The notes under the pieces were generated by a model, which was not told where the DNA came from, searched no databases, and was given only the letters and a program-made list of their open reading frames with translations. Position numbers and translations under genes: made by a program. A stretch of 64,000 nucleotides of DNA from a virus: the IMG/VR virus record IMGVR_UViG_3300048927_000209. One strand, 5' to 3'. Within the stretch, counting starts at the first letter, position 1. Each line of letters starts with the position of its first letter. Positions 25,941 through 34,688 of the stretch are shown piece by piece.

Positions 25941-26540
25941 TCAGTAGTAACCCAACAGTTTACCGTGATGGTAGCGACACACAGCCACGTAGCGGTCATT
26001 ACCGCCGACTTCAACCTGTGGACCGTCCTTCACCGCATCCCCGTGTTTGTCCAAACGAACAACATGGGTGGCTTTGCGACAGCAGTTATCGGGGCCGCCA
26101 CAAATGGTTTTGGTTTCCGTTAACGTATCGGCGATTGAGAGCAATGCGGCAGACCCTGGGAACAACTTACCCTGGAAGTCGGTACGCAGACCAAAGGCAA
26201 TCACCGGGATCTTAAAGATGTCAACGATGCCAGCAATGTCACGCACTTGTTGTTCCGTCATGAATTGGGCTTCATCAATCAGGATACAGAACGGGCGCAC
26301 CTCACGAATCAACCGAGAGACCACATCCATCAGCACACTATCAACATTGAACAACACCGCTGGCGCCTCTAATCCAATGCGACTGGTGACTTTTGAAACG
26401 TTCTCACCATCACGTGTGTCGACACTGGGTTTCAGAATCAAGCACGAACGCTTGAGTTCGGTATAGTTGTGCCATACCTGGATTAACCCCGTGGACTTAC
26501 CGGTGTTCATACTGCCGAAACGAAATTCAAGCTTAGCCAT
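25941..26540 (-). CDS. tdk: thymidine kinase
   Basis: P-loop FGSMNTGKST; IDEAQF; C-terminal Zn ribbon CGGPDNCCRKAT..VAVCRYHH. Confidence 0.9.
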   Translation of the reverse strand: MAKLEFRFGSMNTGKSTGLIQVWHNYTELKRSCLILKPSVDTRDGENVSKVTSRIGLEAPAVLFNVDSVLMDVVSRLIREVRPFCILIDEAQFMTEQQVRDIAGIVDIFKIPVIAFGLRTDFQGKLFPGSAALLSIADTLTETKTICGGPDNCCRKATHVVRLDKHGDAVKDGPQVEVGGNDRYVAVCRYHHGKLLGYY

Positions 26541-26549
26541 AATGTGATC

Positions 26550-27875
26550 CTATTTCTCGTTCAGCAAATATTTGTTACTGATGATTTTCAGTGAGAAGTC
26601 GCGGGTTTTGGATTTAACCACCACACCTTCACGGGTACCGGACTTGGCAAAGAAGCGAGGGCCTTCGGCATAACGCAGCAAGTCTTTCATATCCACCGGT
26701 AGACGGAAGTGATCATCCAACACCGGCACATAACTCAGACCCACACGCTTACAGACCTCACGGGCTTCTTCAGGCAACAATGGTTCACGACCGTTAACAT
26801 AGACGCGATAGACAAAGAACTGCTTTTCATCCACGCCTTCATAGTTACCCTGAATACCCGGCCCAACAACCTCACCCTGTACGGTGTACGCAACGCCACG
26901 ACGTTTGTACTCGAGCTTGAGCTTCTCCATGATCGCCCAGTTACGTGCGGTCTTCAGGAATGAATCACTGTCAGCTTTAATGACCCGCACGAACTTCGGT
27001 GTGCCAACGTTGATGAAACGGGATTCACGGTTGAGTTTGATCAACTGCTTAATCCAGTCCAGGCCGAACTTGCCTTCCGGCTTTACAAAACAGCGCGGCT
27101 GAATCGCTCGACGGTTACGCAGCATCAGAAGACCAATCCAACGGCGGATAGCTTTCGGCCAGCTAAACACAATGTCTTGCTGTTCGATCTCTGTGTTGCG
27201 TGAACACACACCCGTAACCAGACGGTCGCCGTCTTCCATGCTGTACACGGTCATGGACTCGCCATCCAGCTTAACTGTGACCTCGAACTCTTCCCGGTTC
27301 GCCACTGCGTGCTTATACATCGTGGAGGCGTTCTGTACGCGGTTCTCCTCAGACTTACGCAGGAAAGCAGGGAAAGGTAGCGGTTCAGGCTGTGGGCCCA
27401 GGATACGCAGCGCCAGGCGGTGGAACCACCCATACTGCACTTCAACTGGGTTGTTGACCTTGGACTCAGACTTGTCGTACTTCAGCACACCCAGCTCTTC
27501 GGTACAGTCATCGCCTTCCACTTTACCGGCAGAGGCCAGTGCCACAGGAATTGGGACCAGCAGGCCCTGTGACATCTCTTTACGCAGCTTGATGGATTTG
27601 ATACGGCAATACGTCTGATCGTTGAACGTCTTCAGGTTATCGCCACGCTCTTCCAGGAACGCGAACTCAGGCAGTGACGTAGGAACCAGAGAATCAATCT
27701 CGCAGTACAACGCCCAGTCACCTTTCTTGAATTCGTCAAGCTTGATACACACCTGCCAACCGCCAATGATCGCCAGTGACAAACGATCGGCATTGGGGTG
27801 GGGTAATACATCATCAATTTCCACAATACGGGCGAGCTGACGAAACTCTTCTTTTACGGCACGTCCTTCACTCAT
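26550..27875 (-). CDS. ATP-dependent RNA ligase with N-terminal OB domain (DRB0094/Rnl5-like)
   Basis: N-terminal OB-like VEIDDVLPHPNADRLSLAIIGGWQVCIKLDEFKKGDWALYCEIDSLVP; adenylyltransferase motif I VTVKLDGESMTVY. Confidence 0.7.
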   Translation of the reverse strand: MSEGRAVKEEFRQLARIVEIDDVLPHPNADRLSLAIIGGWQVCIKLDEFKKGDWALYCEIDSLVPTSLPEFAFLEERGDNLKTFNDQTYCRIKSIKLRKEMSQGLLVPIPVALASAGKVEGDDCTEELGVLKYDKSESKVNNPVEVQYGWFHRLALRILGPQPEPLPFPAFLRKSEENRVQNASTMYKHAVANREEFEVTVKLDGESMTVYSMEDGDRLVTGVCSRNTEIEQQDIVFSWPKAIRRWIGLLMLRNRRAIQPRCFVKPEGKFGLDWIKQLIKLNRESRFINVGTPKFVRVIKADSDSFLKTARNWAIMEKLKLEYKRRGVAYTVQGEVVGPGIQGNYEGVDEKQFFVYRVYVNGREPLLPEEAREVCKRVGLSYVPVLDDHFRLPVDMKDLLRYAEGPRFFAKSGTREGVVVKSKTRDFSLKIISNKYLLNEK

Positions 27876-27889
27876 GGTGGTAGTCTCTT

Positions 27890-28183
27890 TTAATAATCAA
27901 CAAAAGGGGTTGCAAGACGCAAGACTTCTTCAGACGATAATTCATCTAAGTCAGAAGAAACAAACCCATATTTAAATGTCTCGGAGAACGCTTGACCTGC
28001 CTTGTCATCGTCGCCGGCACAAACAAACCGATAAGGCAACAGACACAACTGTTTATACAGCGCGTCAGAAACGTTACTACCTAAAACCGACCAGGCGTTG
28101 AACCCTAACCGGTGCAGTGCACACGCTTTGAAAACCGATTCAGTTAAGAATACGGTTGTTGGTCTGTTGGTTGTTAATTTCAT
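27890..28183 (-). CDS. Toprim-domain half of a split DnaG-like gene
   Basis: TTVFLTESVFKACALHRLGFNAWSVLGSNV..FVCAGDDDKAGQAF (Toprim E...DxD). In +1 frame relative to 28140-28433; internal ATG 28183 (MKLTT); longest ORF reaches 28222. Confidence 0.55.
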   Translation of the reverse strand: MKLTTNRPTTVFLTESVFKACALHRLGFNAWSVLGSNVSDALYKQLCLLPYRFVCAGDDDKAGQAFSETFKYGFVSSDLDELSSEEVLRLATPFVDY

Positions 28184-28433
28184 ACTCCACAGGTAACTCC
28201 AAACCCCACACCAGCTGCGCATTACCGTTCATGCGAGTAAAGTACTTCGCTTCTTTTGGATTGTTAGTAAGCGACTTCTTCGGCGCATCCGGGGTATACG
28301 TCTGATAGCCTTTTAATCTGCCATCGAAATCAAACAATGGAACCGTCATACTGGTCTCGGTCAACCAGGTGGTCGGGTAACGCTCTAGGTCATAGCCGCG
28401 CTCCCTCAGGTGTTGCTGCATGGTTAAAGTCAT
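28140..28433 (-). CDS. N-terminal half of split DnaG-like primase-core gene
   Basis: TVPLFDFDGRLKGYQTY..PKEAKYFTRMNGNAQLVWGLE resembles DnaG core (fPi.d..G.viGf.gR..pKY.N....LyGl) just before Toprim; SD TGGAGTG. Confidence 0.5.
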   Translation of the reverse strand: MTLTMQQHLRERGYDLERYPTTWLTETSMTVPLFDFDGRLKGYQTYTPDAPKKSLTNNPKEAKYFTRMNGNAQLVWGLELPVEYEINNQQTNNRILN

Positions 28434-28650
28434 AATACACTCCAGAATCGTATTCGGTGAACTGCTTGAGAAACATCGACTCAGATTCCACCCAGACTTT
28501 GCCCGGTGGATAGTCGTACGTCGCTGTCAGGTTCTGATAAACAATCATCGGTACCGAACAGTCTTGACCGTGGGCTGCTTTCGCCAACACCTGAAACGGC
28601 AAGCCAGAAGGTGACCGGTATACGTGACCAACGGTAATGTCTGAAATCAT
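28390..28650 (-). CDS. DUF1653-like small protein
   Basis: VGHVYRSPSGLPFQVLAKAAHGQDCSVPMIVYQNL..GKVWVESESMF matches DUF1653 pattern (Y.h..G..Y.vl..a.h.e....vVY..l....wvRp..mF); SD AAGGA. Confidence 0.5.
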   Translation of the reverse strand: MISDITVGHVYRSPSGLPFQVLAKAAHGQDCSVPMIVYQNLTATYDYPPGKVWVESESMFLKQFTEYDSGVYYDFNHAATPEGARL

Positions 28651-28664
28651 AGGCGGTCCTTAAT

Positions 28665-28694
28665 GGGAATAAAGGCCAGGGAAGAACCCTGACC
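28665..28694 (-). terminator. hairpin with UUUAUUCC tail
   Basis: Minus strand GGUCAGGG-UUCUU-CCCUGGCC (G.U only valid on - strand) + TTTATTCC. Confidence 0.5.
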
Positions 28695-28719
28695 AATAAG
28701 TGTGTGGTTATATATACCA

Positions 28720-28745
28720 ATGAAGTATGTAATGTTTTACAAATT
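28720..28745 (-). promoter_or_regulatory. promoter-like motif (variant AACATTACATAC)
   Basis: Minus strand TTTGTAAAACATTACATACTTCATTGG; lies upstream of hairpin 28674-28694. Confidence 0.3.
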
Positions 28746-28747
28746 CA

Positions 28748-29698
28748 TCAGCTCGTTGGAATGAGTTCAAGGATGCCAAAGACGTAATGCGTGGTACTGC
28801 TGCCGGACAGCGTGGCGCCCAAGCATTGGTTGATCCCGTTTCCGATAATTAAGCTTATCACGGCGTTGCTGGTATTACCGTGCTGTGTTAACACCGGATT
28901 AAGGTTACTGATGAGTGAGCTTGTACCAGCGTGAAGCTGAGCCGGTGCCAAACCTTGTGCAATGGCCGATGCTACCCCTACCCACCCCACAGTGAGTGAT
29001 GAGATCATGGATGCTTCGGAGAACGAGGTTTCACGGACGATGGCGGTTGTCACAGCCACGTTGGTTCTAATGTCACCGGTTTGCTGTGCCTTAGGTAGCC
29101 GGGCGTAAAACTCGTACGAACCAAACACCACTTTCTTATTCTGCACTACAGGGGTCGATCCAGCGGTGGTGGTTGCATGTGGCACTGTTGCCTCACCCGT
29201 CCCTAACATCGCCCCGGCGTTGTAGAGTGCGTTAAGTGTTGATACCGGTGCCTGGGTGGTTTGTCTGACTGGGTTGTTGGGGATAAACAACACTTTGCCG
29301 TTACACGCCATTTTGTACCAGGTGGTGATCGCTGTGGTGTATGCGGTACCTACCGGGAATGCGGCTTGCATATCGGTCGAGGAAACGAAGTCAGACACGT
29401 TGAGCGTGCCGAAGTAACCGAACTCCATGTTACCCCGTGCTAACACCTGAGGGCCCGGACCGGTATCGGTGATTGCACAGAAAGGTGTTATTGCGCCCGG
29501 GATTTCATCCGACGCACTCAGCACAGCATTAATACGGTAGTAGTACAGCACGTTGTTGGACGCATTGCTGTCGACGTACGACGTGGCAGTATTTGCCAGG
29601 GTAGTGAGCAGCGCAAGGTTAGTTGGTGACGTCCCGCGGTAAACTTTGAAGTTAGTGACCCCGGTATTGCGGTTGGACCAATTTAGTGTAATCGCCAT
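28748..29698 (-). CDS. FN3-headed receptor-binding-like paralog
   Basis: MAITLNWSNRNTGVTNFKVYRG..LYYYRINAV; DTGPGPQVLARGNMEFGYFGTL; GKVLFIPNN; ends FGILELIPTS. Confidence 0.55.
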   Translation of the reverse strand: MAITLNWSNRNTGVTNFKVYRGTSPTNLALLTTLANTATSYVDSNASNNVLYYYRINAVLSASDEIPGAITPFCAITDTGPGPQVLARGNMEFGYFGTLNVSDFVSSTDMQAAFPVGTAYTTAITTWYKMACNGKVLFIPNNPVRQTTQAPVSTLNALYNAGAMLGTGEATVPHATTTAGSTPVVQNKKVVFGSYEFYARLPKAQQTGDIRTNVAVTTAIVRETSFSEASMISSLTVGWVGVASAIAQGLAPAQLHAGTSSLISNLNPVLTQHGNTSNAVISLIIGNGINQCLGATLSGSSTTHYVFGILELIPTS

Positions 29699-29700
29699 GA

Positions 29701-30525
29701 TTATTCCACCAATTCTAACAAGAAGATTGTGATACCAGTGACGGCATTACCAACAGGGTACCAGGTGATCGCACCGGTTGACGGGGTGCGGCCATTAACA
29801 TACCCGGCGTTGGTCTCACGACAGATGATCGCGATACTTTTGTTCTGGTTGCCCAATTTACCCAGGGTTTCACCATCCATCGGTGCCAGCTGGTTAAAGT
29901 GACACAGGCACAGTTTAATAAATTCGATATCGTAATCCCCGGCGGTAGGTCGGCTGGCATTGTCCCAAGAAGAGGGCATGCCTTTGGGGAGTCTCGCCAA
30001 ATAGTTAAAGCCGTCGAAACTTACTGGCAACCCGGCGTTGTTATTCAGCAGCGAACCAAATGAGCTGTACGACGACGCGATCAAGTTGGTTGTTATTGGT
30101 ATCGCAACCACGACCTTACCGTTGTAGGAGAACTTAAGTCCAGCTGGTAGGACGTTGTCAGCGATTCCTGCAGTCGGCATACCCAATTGGGTCAAGAGTG
30201 AAACTGTGCGACCAAACGATACGCTATCAATAAATCCGTACGCGTCATTTCCCAACACCACTGTAGGGTTGCCGTGACCACGAACATACTGTGCGACCAT
30301 TGGGTAGTTACGGGTTGAGGTCCTAACACCGGCTGACACAAACTCAATCACGTAGTAATACGTGGTGCCCAGTGTTACGCTGGTGTCTTTATACGTGGTT
30401 TCACCGTTGGTCAACGTCACCAGTGGCGTACCCAAATTCTTACGATCAAGTTCAGCAGTGCCGCGGTAGATGTTCGTTGTAACCGCACCACTGTTAACAT
30501 TAGTCCATGCAAGGTTAATAAACAT
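29701..30525 (-). CDS. FN3-headed receptor-binding-like paralog
   Basis: MFINLAWTNVNSG..NIYRGTAELDRKNLGTPLVTLTNGETTY..YYYVIEF (closest to 13377-14288); ends FLLELVE; 2-nt gap to neighbours. Confidence 0.55.
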   Translation of the reverse strand: MFINLAWTNVNSGAVTTNIYRGTAELDRKNLGTPLVTLTNGETTYKDTSVTLGTTYYYVIEFVSAGVRTSTRNYPMVAQYVRGHGNPTVVLGNDAYGFIDSVSFGRTVSLLTQLGMPTAGIADNVLPAGLKFSYNGKVVVAIPITTNLIASSYSSFGSLLNNNAGLPVSFDGFNYLARLPKGMPSSWDNASRPTAGDYDIEFIKLCLCHFNQLAPMDGETLGKLGNQNKSIAIICRETNAGYVNGRTPSTGAITWYPVGNAVTGITIFLLELVE

Positions 30526-30527
30526 AA

Positions 30528-31487
30528 TTATTTGCTCACGGTTGGAACGATGGAGTAGACGCCGGCGTTACCTGCATACACATTAGAGGCACTCGTCACG
30601 ACAGGGCTGGAAGCAGTGGACACCAACGGGACTGCAGGTGTTCCCATGACAATAAGGTCGCCTGGTGCACGCAATGTAGTGGTGGTCTGGGTATCGGTAA
30701 CCACAGGTCTTGCAGACGGGTTCGTTAACTTGACATTCAGTGCAAAGATCAAGTTCTCATCAGGGCGAATCAATTCCAACACAGGTGTCCAGCTAAACGA
30801 GTTGTTGTTTGCGTAGAACTGACCGGCGTTCGGTGTCGCCACTTGAGGGTAAGCGTGCACATTACCCTTGCTTATCAATGTCTGCCCGTACGTCCAATGA
30901 TAGTGGATATCCGTGTTGGCATTTAACGTATCCCACGCAATACCGTCTGTAGGTTGCCCATTCATTAAAATGTGACTGTACAGTTTATACTGTTCGGAAT
31001 CCTGAATCGTGGTGGTCGTGACATCGGTCGATAACGCTACTACGGTTTGACTGTTATCCGTAAGCATACGGATTTTAAATAACCAAGAATCCCCGTTAGG
31101 GTCGGTCCATTCAATGTACTGTAATTGGTTCACCGCGGTCAATGCACCTGCCTGAGCAGGCCCTGGACCGTCTACGCCAAAGATGAATCCGGCGTTGTAC
31201 ATTGCTGCATACGTCGCCGTACCGCCCCAAGGTCCGTTTGGGATAAACAGGATCTTGTTATTGAGCACCGCCTTTAACCACCCCGGTGTTGCATTGGATG
31301 TGCCAGTGTAGGCAGAGGTGTTCAGATTACCGACCGCTGCAATCTGACCCAGGGTCGGCATGAGTTTGGTATCAATAATACCTAACCAACCGTCTGTCTT
31401 GTTGCCACCCAGGATTTGTTTGTTTCCTGGGCCAGAGTAAGGGAGAAAGGCTTTTCTATTACCCCCAAAGAGTATACTTTCTATCAT
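30528..31487 (-). CDS. receptor-binding/tail-fibre-like protein, GPGP-core paralog with MIESILFGG N-terminus
   Basis: SGPGNKQILGGNKTDGWLG; NKILFIPNGP; WTPVLELIRPDENL then C-terminal extension (same architecture as 12247-13368). Confidence 0.55.
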   Translation of the reverse strand: MIESILFGGNRKAFLPYSGPGNKQILGGNKTDGWLGIIDTKLMPTLGQIAAVGNLNTSAYTGTSNATPGWLKAVLNNKILFIPNGPWGGTATYAAMYNAGFIFGVDGPGPAQAGALTAVNQLQYIEWTDPNGDSWLFKIRMLTDNSQTVVALSTDVTTTTIQDSEQYKLYSHILMNGQPTDGIAWDTLNANTDIHYHWTYGQTLISKGNVHAYPQVATPNAGQFYANNNSFSWTPVLELIRPDENLIFALNVKLTNPSARPVVTDTQTTTTLRAPGDLIVMGTPAVPLVSTASSPVVTSASNVYAGNAGVYSIVPTVSK

Positions 31488-31530
31488 GGCGTAAGCGCCC
31501 CCGTATTCGAGTGATGATACATATCATCAA

Positions 31531-31560
31531 CCGGCATAAAAGGCAGGCCAAAGCCTGCCC
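31531..31560 (-). terminator. hairpin terminator with UUUUAUGCCG tail
   Basis: Minus strand GGCAGGC-TTTG-GCCTGCC + TTTTATGCCGG. Confidence 0.75.
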
Positions 31561-31567
31561 AAGTTGC

Positions 31568-32080
31568 TTACAGGTGCTTTTTCACAAACGCCAGAATACC
31601 TGCACCTTTATGACCAAAGTCATGTCCGGCAACCTTCAGGATATCGAGCACTTTGTCTGCAGCGTCATCATCGTTGGATGAGAATGCCTTTGCCAACGCC
31701 GCAGCGTCATCAAATACCGGACCCAGGTCATGACCTGCTGTTACCAGCAAACCTTTTACAGCATCCAGCAGTTTGTCGGCGCGTTCAGTCAAGGCTTCCG
31801 TAACCTTATCTTCAACGCTTTTGATTACCGCAGCAACGTCAGCTTTCGCTTCGGACACCACCACCCCAACAACGTTCTCTGCTGCTTGTAGTAATGACGC
31901 GGGATTATCACCCACTGCCGCTTCTACACGCACCACCGCCTGTCCTACCGGAGTAGGTGCTGAATCTACCGCAGGTGCTTCTGCCACACCTTGACCTTCA
32001 GCGACTACGTCTGCCATGTTACTATCCCCATGCTTGTTAACGAACTTGTGATACAAGTAGTTTATTATTGTCTCGAACAT
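31568..32080 (-). CDS. Ala/Val/Asp-rich hypothetical protein (170 aa)
   Basis: SD GAGGGAAG; internal repeat AGHDLGP/AGHDFGH; alt start ATG at Met22. Confidence 0.55.
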   Translation of the reverse strand: MFETIINYLYHKFVNKHGDSNMADVVAEGQGVAEAPAVDSAPTPVGQAVVRVEAAVGDNPASLLQAAENVVGVVVSEAKADVAAVIKSVEDKVTEALTERADKLLDAVKGLLVTAGHDLGPVFDDAAALAKAFSSNDDDAADKVLDILKVAGHDFGHKGAGILAFVKKHL

Positions 32081-32120
32081 TTTACTTCCCTCGACTTACC
32101 TTGCCGTAAGACATAACATG

Positions 32121-32149
32121 GCGGCATAAAAGCGGGACCGAAGTCCCGC
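32121..32149 (-). terminator. C(UUCG)G hairpin terminator with UUUUAUGCCG tail
   Basis: Minus strand GCGGGAC-TTCG-GTCCCGC + TTTTATGCCGCC; after tailspike gene. Confidence 0.8.
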
Positions 32150-32155
32150 CTTATA

Positions 32156-34051
32156 TTACACTGCGTCTTTCTTCAGCTGGATGTAACGGATCTCGGATTT
32201 CGCCCAAGCTGCTGAGCTAACCAAAACACGTACAGCCAGGTGATCGTTCTTGATCTGGCCTTTCAGTAACAGATGACCTTCGTTAGTTACACCAACGCCA
32301 GCCTTCTGACCAATCGACCACTGTTCTGCAACGTCGGTTACATTCGTCAGTGCTGCAATCTCTTCGTCCGCCATTGGGGCAACGTCTGGACGGAAGTAAT
32401 AACAGACACCGGCTTCAGCACGGGTCTTACCGGTTGCATTGATCACAGGGATCACATTACGGGTATAGGCTTTTAACTGCACATACACCATGAAGGAACC
32501 GGCACTGACCTTCACTGTCTTCACAGCCAGGATCGGTGAGGAACCACACGGCATGAGTGTCGCACCCACAACACCGTCTTTCTTCTGCTGAACACGAAGC
32601 AGTGTATTACCGCCACCTTGACGGGTATCATCAATGTCATTGAGGTTAGCCCCAACAGACAAGAAGTTACCGGTACCGATGAAGTTGATGTCAATCTGGT
32701 CACCCTCTTCAGGTGAGTACCAGCGACCCACACGGAACCACTTCGGTGCTGCTGCAGAGTTGCTGATTTTGTTACGGGACATCATGGTGCCTGGGTCGAG
32801 GTAACCATCGATGAACAGACCGTGGTTACTGATATCAACACGCCCACGCTCCCACAGACTCAGCCATTCAACCACAGCTGGGTCTTCCTTGTAATCGATA
32901 GACGAGCCTGACTGCAGACCCGTTTGGTTTTCAATCAGTCGAGCGTAAGTCGCCTTGAGTGGGTTCTTACAGTCTTCCATATTGAAACCGTTGATGATCC
33001 ATTGTCCGTTACTGATATCACCTGGGTTCTCGGTGTGTTCAATCCATCCGTTGGTGATAAAGGACTGCGTACAACGTGGCAGGTTAAAGACTTTCCCACC
33101 CACGCACTTCTGTACGTTGAAGTTACTCATGTCAATGGCGGTAGAGTGATCCCACACTCCCGCAGCACGACCAGACCACTTAGCGGCGATAACATCACCG
33201 CGGCACTCTGAGGCGTACCACTGATGCAGTTTGGTATCCAGCGTATCAACCAGCTGAACACACGTACCGCCAATCTGTTCAAAGCGAACAGAACACATGT
33301 TAAAGAACTGACCACCAATGATGGTGTTGTTGTAGACGCCTTTATTGTTCGGGGCAGCTTCGGTAGCCTTGCCTCGGAAAATAAAGTTAGCCAGCTCCAC
33401 TTTACGCGCCGCAATATCAACAATGAAGTTGCTATTGGCGTCGGTGTAAACAATGGTGCTGCTCAGGTAACCGAAGTTAGTCTGACCGCCAGTGAGTTTA
33501 AACAGGTTGAGTTCATTAGGGAATTTAATCTGAGAAATGAAGCACTCGCCAGCGGGGTAACGAACGCCCACGCCCTGCATGTTCTTCACACTCCAATTGT
33601 ACATGGCAATAGCCGCGGCTGCCGTATCAGTCACCCCATCCATCTTCGCCCCAAAATGCGTGACGTTGATAGTGTTAACATCGTGACAAGCACGGACCCA
33701 CCGGAAACCATTCCCAGCTGCCACCATCCCGCCATCATCGGTACCTTTACTCAAGTAACCAATGAATTCTCCACCACCATCGGTAGAGCCGGCGTTCCAC
33801 CCTTTAAGCGAAATACGCATACCGTCTTTCTTGGGCTTCAATTGACGCAGAGCCGCAAAGGACTCGACCTGGCCAATCATACTCAGGGCATCGCTGGACG
33901 CTAACGAATCAGCAGACAGATTGTTTTTCAGAAGATCGGTGATCTGGGACAAGGGGAAGCTTTTCAGCGTACCGTCTTTATCCTGGAATACCACTTTACC
34001 GCCTGCATCGGCGATATCCTGAATTTGCAATACAGTGCTATTGTCGGCCAT
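32156..34051 (-). CDS. tailspike / polysaccharide depolymerase (pectate-lyase-3-type beta-helix)
   Basis: INVTHFGAKMDGVTDTAAAAIAMYNW matches the N-terminal signature of Pectate_lyase_3 tailspikes (v..FGAkGDGvtDdT.Aiq.A); 631 aa; terminator follows. Confidence 0.7.
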   Translation of the reverse strand: MADNSTVLQIQDIADAGGKVVFQDKDGTLKSFPLSQITDLLKNNLSADSLASSDALSMIGQVESFAALRQLKPKKDGMRISLKGWNAGSTDGGGEFIGYLSKGTDDGGMVAAGNGFRWVRACHDVNTINVTHFGAKMDGVTDTAAAAIAMYNWSVKNMQGVGVRYPAGECFISQIKFPNELNLFKLTGGQTNFGYLSSTIVYTDANSNFIVDIAARKVELANFIFRGKATEAAPNNKGVYNNTIIGGQFFNMCSVRFEQIGGTCVQLVDTLDTKLHQWYASECRGDVIAAKWSGRAAGVWDHSTAIDMSNFNVQKCVGGKVFNLPRCTQSFITNGWIEHTENPGDISNGQWIINGFNMEDCKNPLKATYARLIENQTGLQSGSSIDYKEDPAVVEWLSLWERGRVDISNHGLFIDGYLDPGTMMSRNKISNSAAAPKWFRVGRWYSPEEGDQIDINFIGTGNFLSVGANLNDIDDTRQGGGNTLLRVQQKKDGVVGATLMPCGSSPILAVKTVKVSAGSFMVYVQLKAYTRNVIPVINATGKTRAEAGVCYYFRPDVAPMADEEIAALTNVTDVAEQWSIGQKAGVGVTNEGHLLLKGQIKNDHLAVRVLVSSAAWAKSEIRYIQLKKDAV

Positions 34052-34121
34052 GATGTCTCCGCTTAGTAAAACAAGTTAAGTGTAGTGAACGTAGTGTTCA
34101 TAGCATACACCACTTAACTTA

Positions 34122-34610
34122 TCAAGGCCAGGTCACCACAACCTTACCGTTGGTGCCGTTGGAGCCAGATGAATTTCGATTACCAGTCCCTCCGGGTGAA
34201 CCTAACCCGTTGCCGGCATTTGACCCAGCGCCACCTGCCAGACTGTTTCGGCTTCCACCGCCTCCTTCACCACCCAACGCAGACCCCTGACTGACACCAT
34301 TAATCAATAGCGCCAGCGTTTCCCCTTTGCCGCCGTTACTGCTGCTGCTTCCACCTGTTCCTCCTTTACCCCCAGAGAAAGAAACCACGTCCCCTCGTTT
34401 GAGTGTTTTAATTACCGACACTAATTCACCATTGCCCCCTTTACCCCCAGGGTAAGTATTTGTTGATCCACCAGCCCCTGCGCCAGCGCCGTATAAATTA
34501 AAGGTCACGTCTCTTGACACAGTGGAAACCCATGTGTTGTTGTAGAGAATCGTTTGATTGCCGGTACCTGGCTCCGCAACAGAACCACCTAATGTCATTA
34601 TTTCCATCAT
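34122..34610 (-). CDS. glycine-rich fibre-like protein with MMEIMTLGG N-terminus
   Basis: GAGAGGSTNTYPGGKGGNGE..GGKGGTGGSSSSNGGKGE..GGEGGGGSRNSLAGGAGSNAGNG; start moved to ATG 34610/34607 downstream of promoter-like motif. Confidence 0.55.
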   Translation of the reverse strand: MMEIMTLGGSVAEPGTGNQTILYNNTWVSTVSRDVTFNLYGAGAGAGGSTNTYPGGKGGNGELVSVIKTLKRGDVVSFSGGKGGTGGSSSSNGGKGETLALLINGVSQGSALGGEGGGGSRNSLAGGAGSNAGNGLGSPGGTGNRNSSGSNGTNGKVVVTWP

Positions 34611-34630
34611 GCAATAGCCTCTGCATTTTT

Positions 34631-34650
34631 TAGGTAGAATATAGGATTTA
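34631..34650 (-). promoter_or_regulatory. promoter-like motif (ATCCTATATTCTACC)
   Basis: Immediately after terminator tail, 20 nt upstream of ATG 34610. Confidence 0.4.
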
Positions 34651-34651
34651 T

Positions 34652-34681
34652 CCGGCATAAAGGCCAGACCGAAGTCTGACC
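34652..34681 (-). terminator. C(UUCG)G hairpin terminator with UUUAUGCCG tail
   Basis: Minus strand GGUCAGAC-UUCG-GUCUGGCC (G.U on - strand, C.A on +) + TTTATGCCGGA. Confidence 0.75.
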
Positions 34682-34688
34682 CGTATGT

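Noticed and set aside
12247-31487. Diversity-generating retroelement or invertible-segment hypothesis for the two inverted paralog clusters
   Set aside because: There is no reverse transcriptase, invertase or recombinase ORF, and no near-identical template/variable DNA repeat. The closest paralogs (13377 vs 30525) are diverged at most synonymous sites, so no long inverted DNA repeats exist to mediate inversion.
34060-34125. Inverted repeat AAGTTAAGTG...CACTTAACTT between the tailspike and the Gly-rich gene, considered as a recombination or inversion site
   Set aside because: One arm is simply a copy of the common CTTAACTTGT leader element in front of ATG 34051. With a ~28-nt loop and 10-bp arms it is more plausibly an incidental or weak RNA structure.
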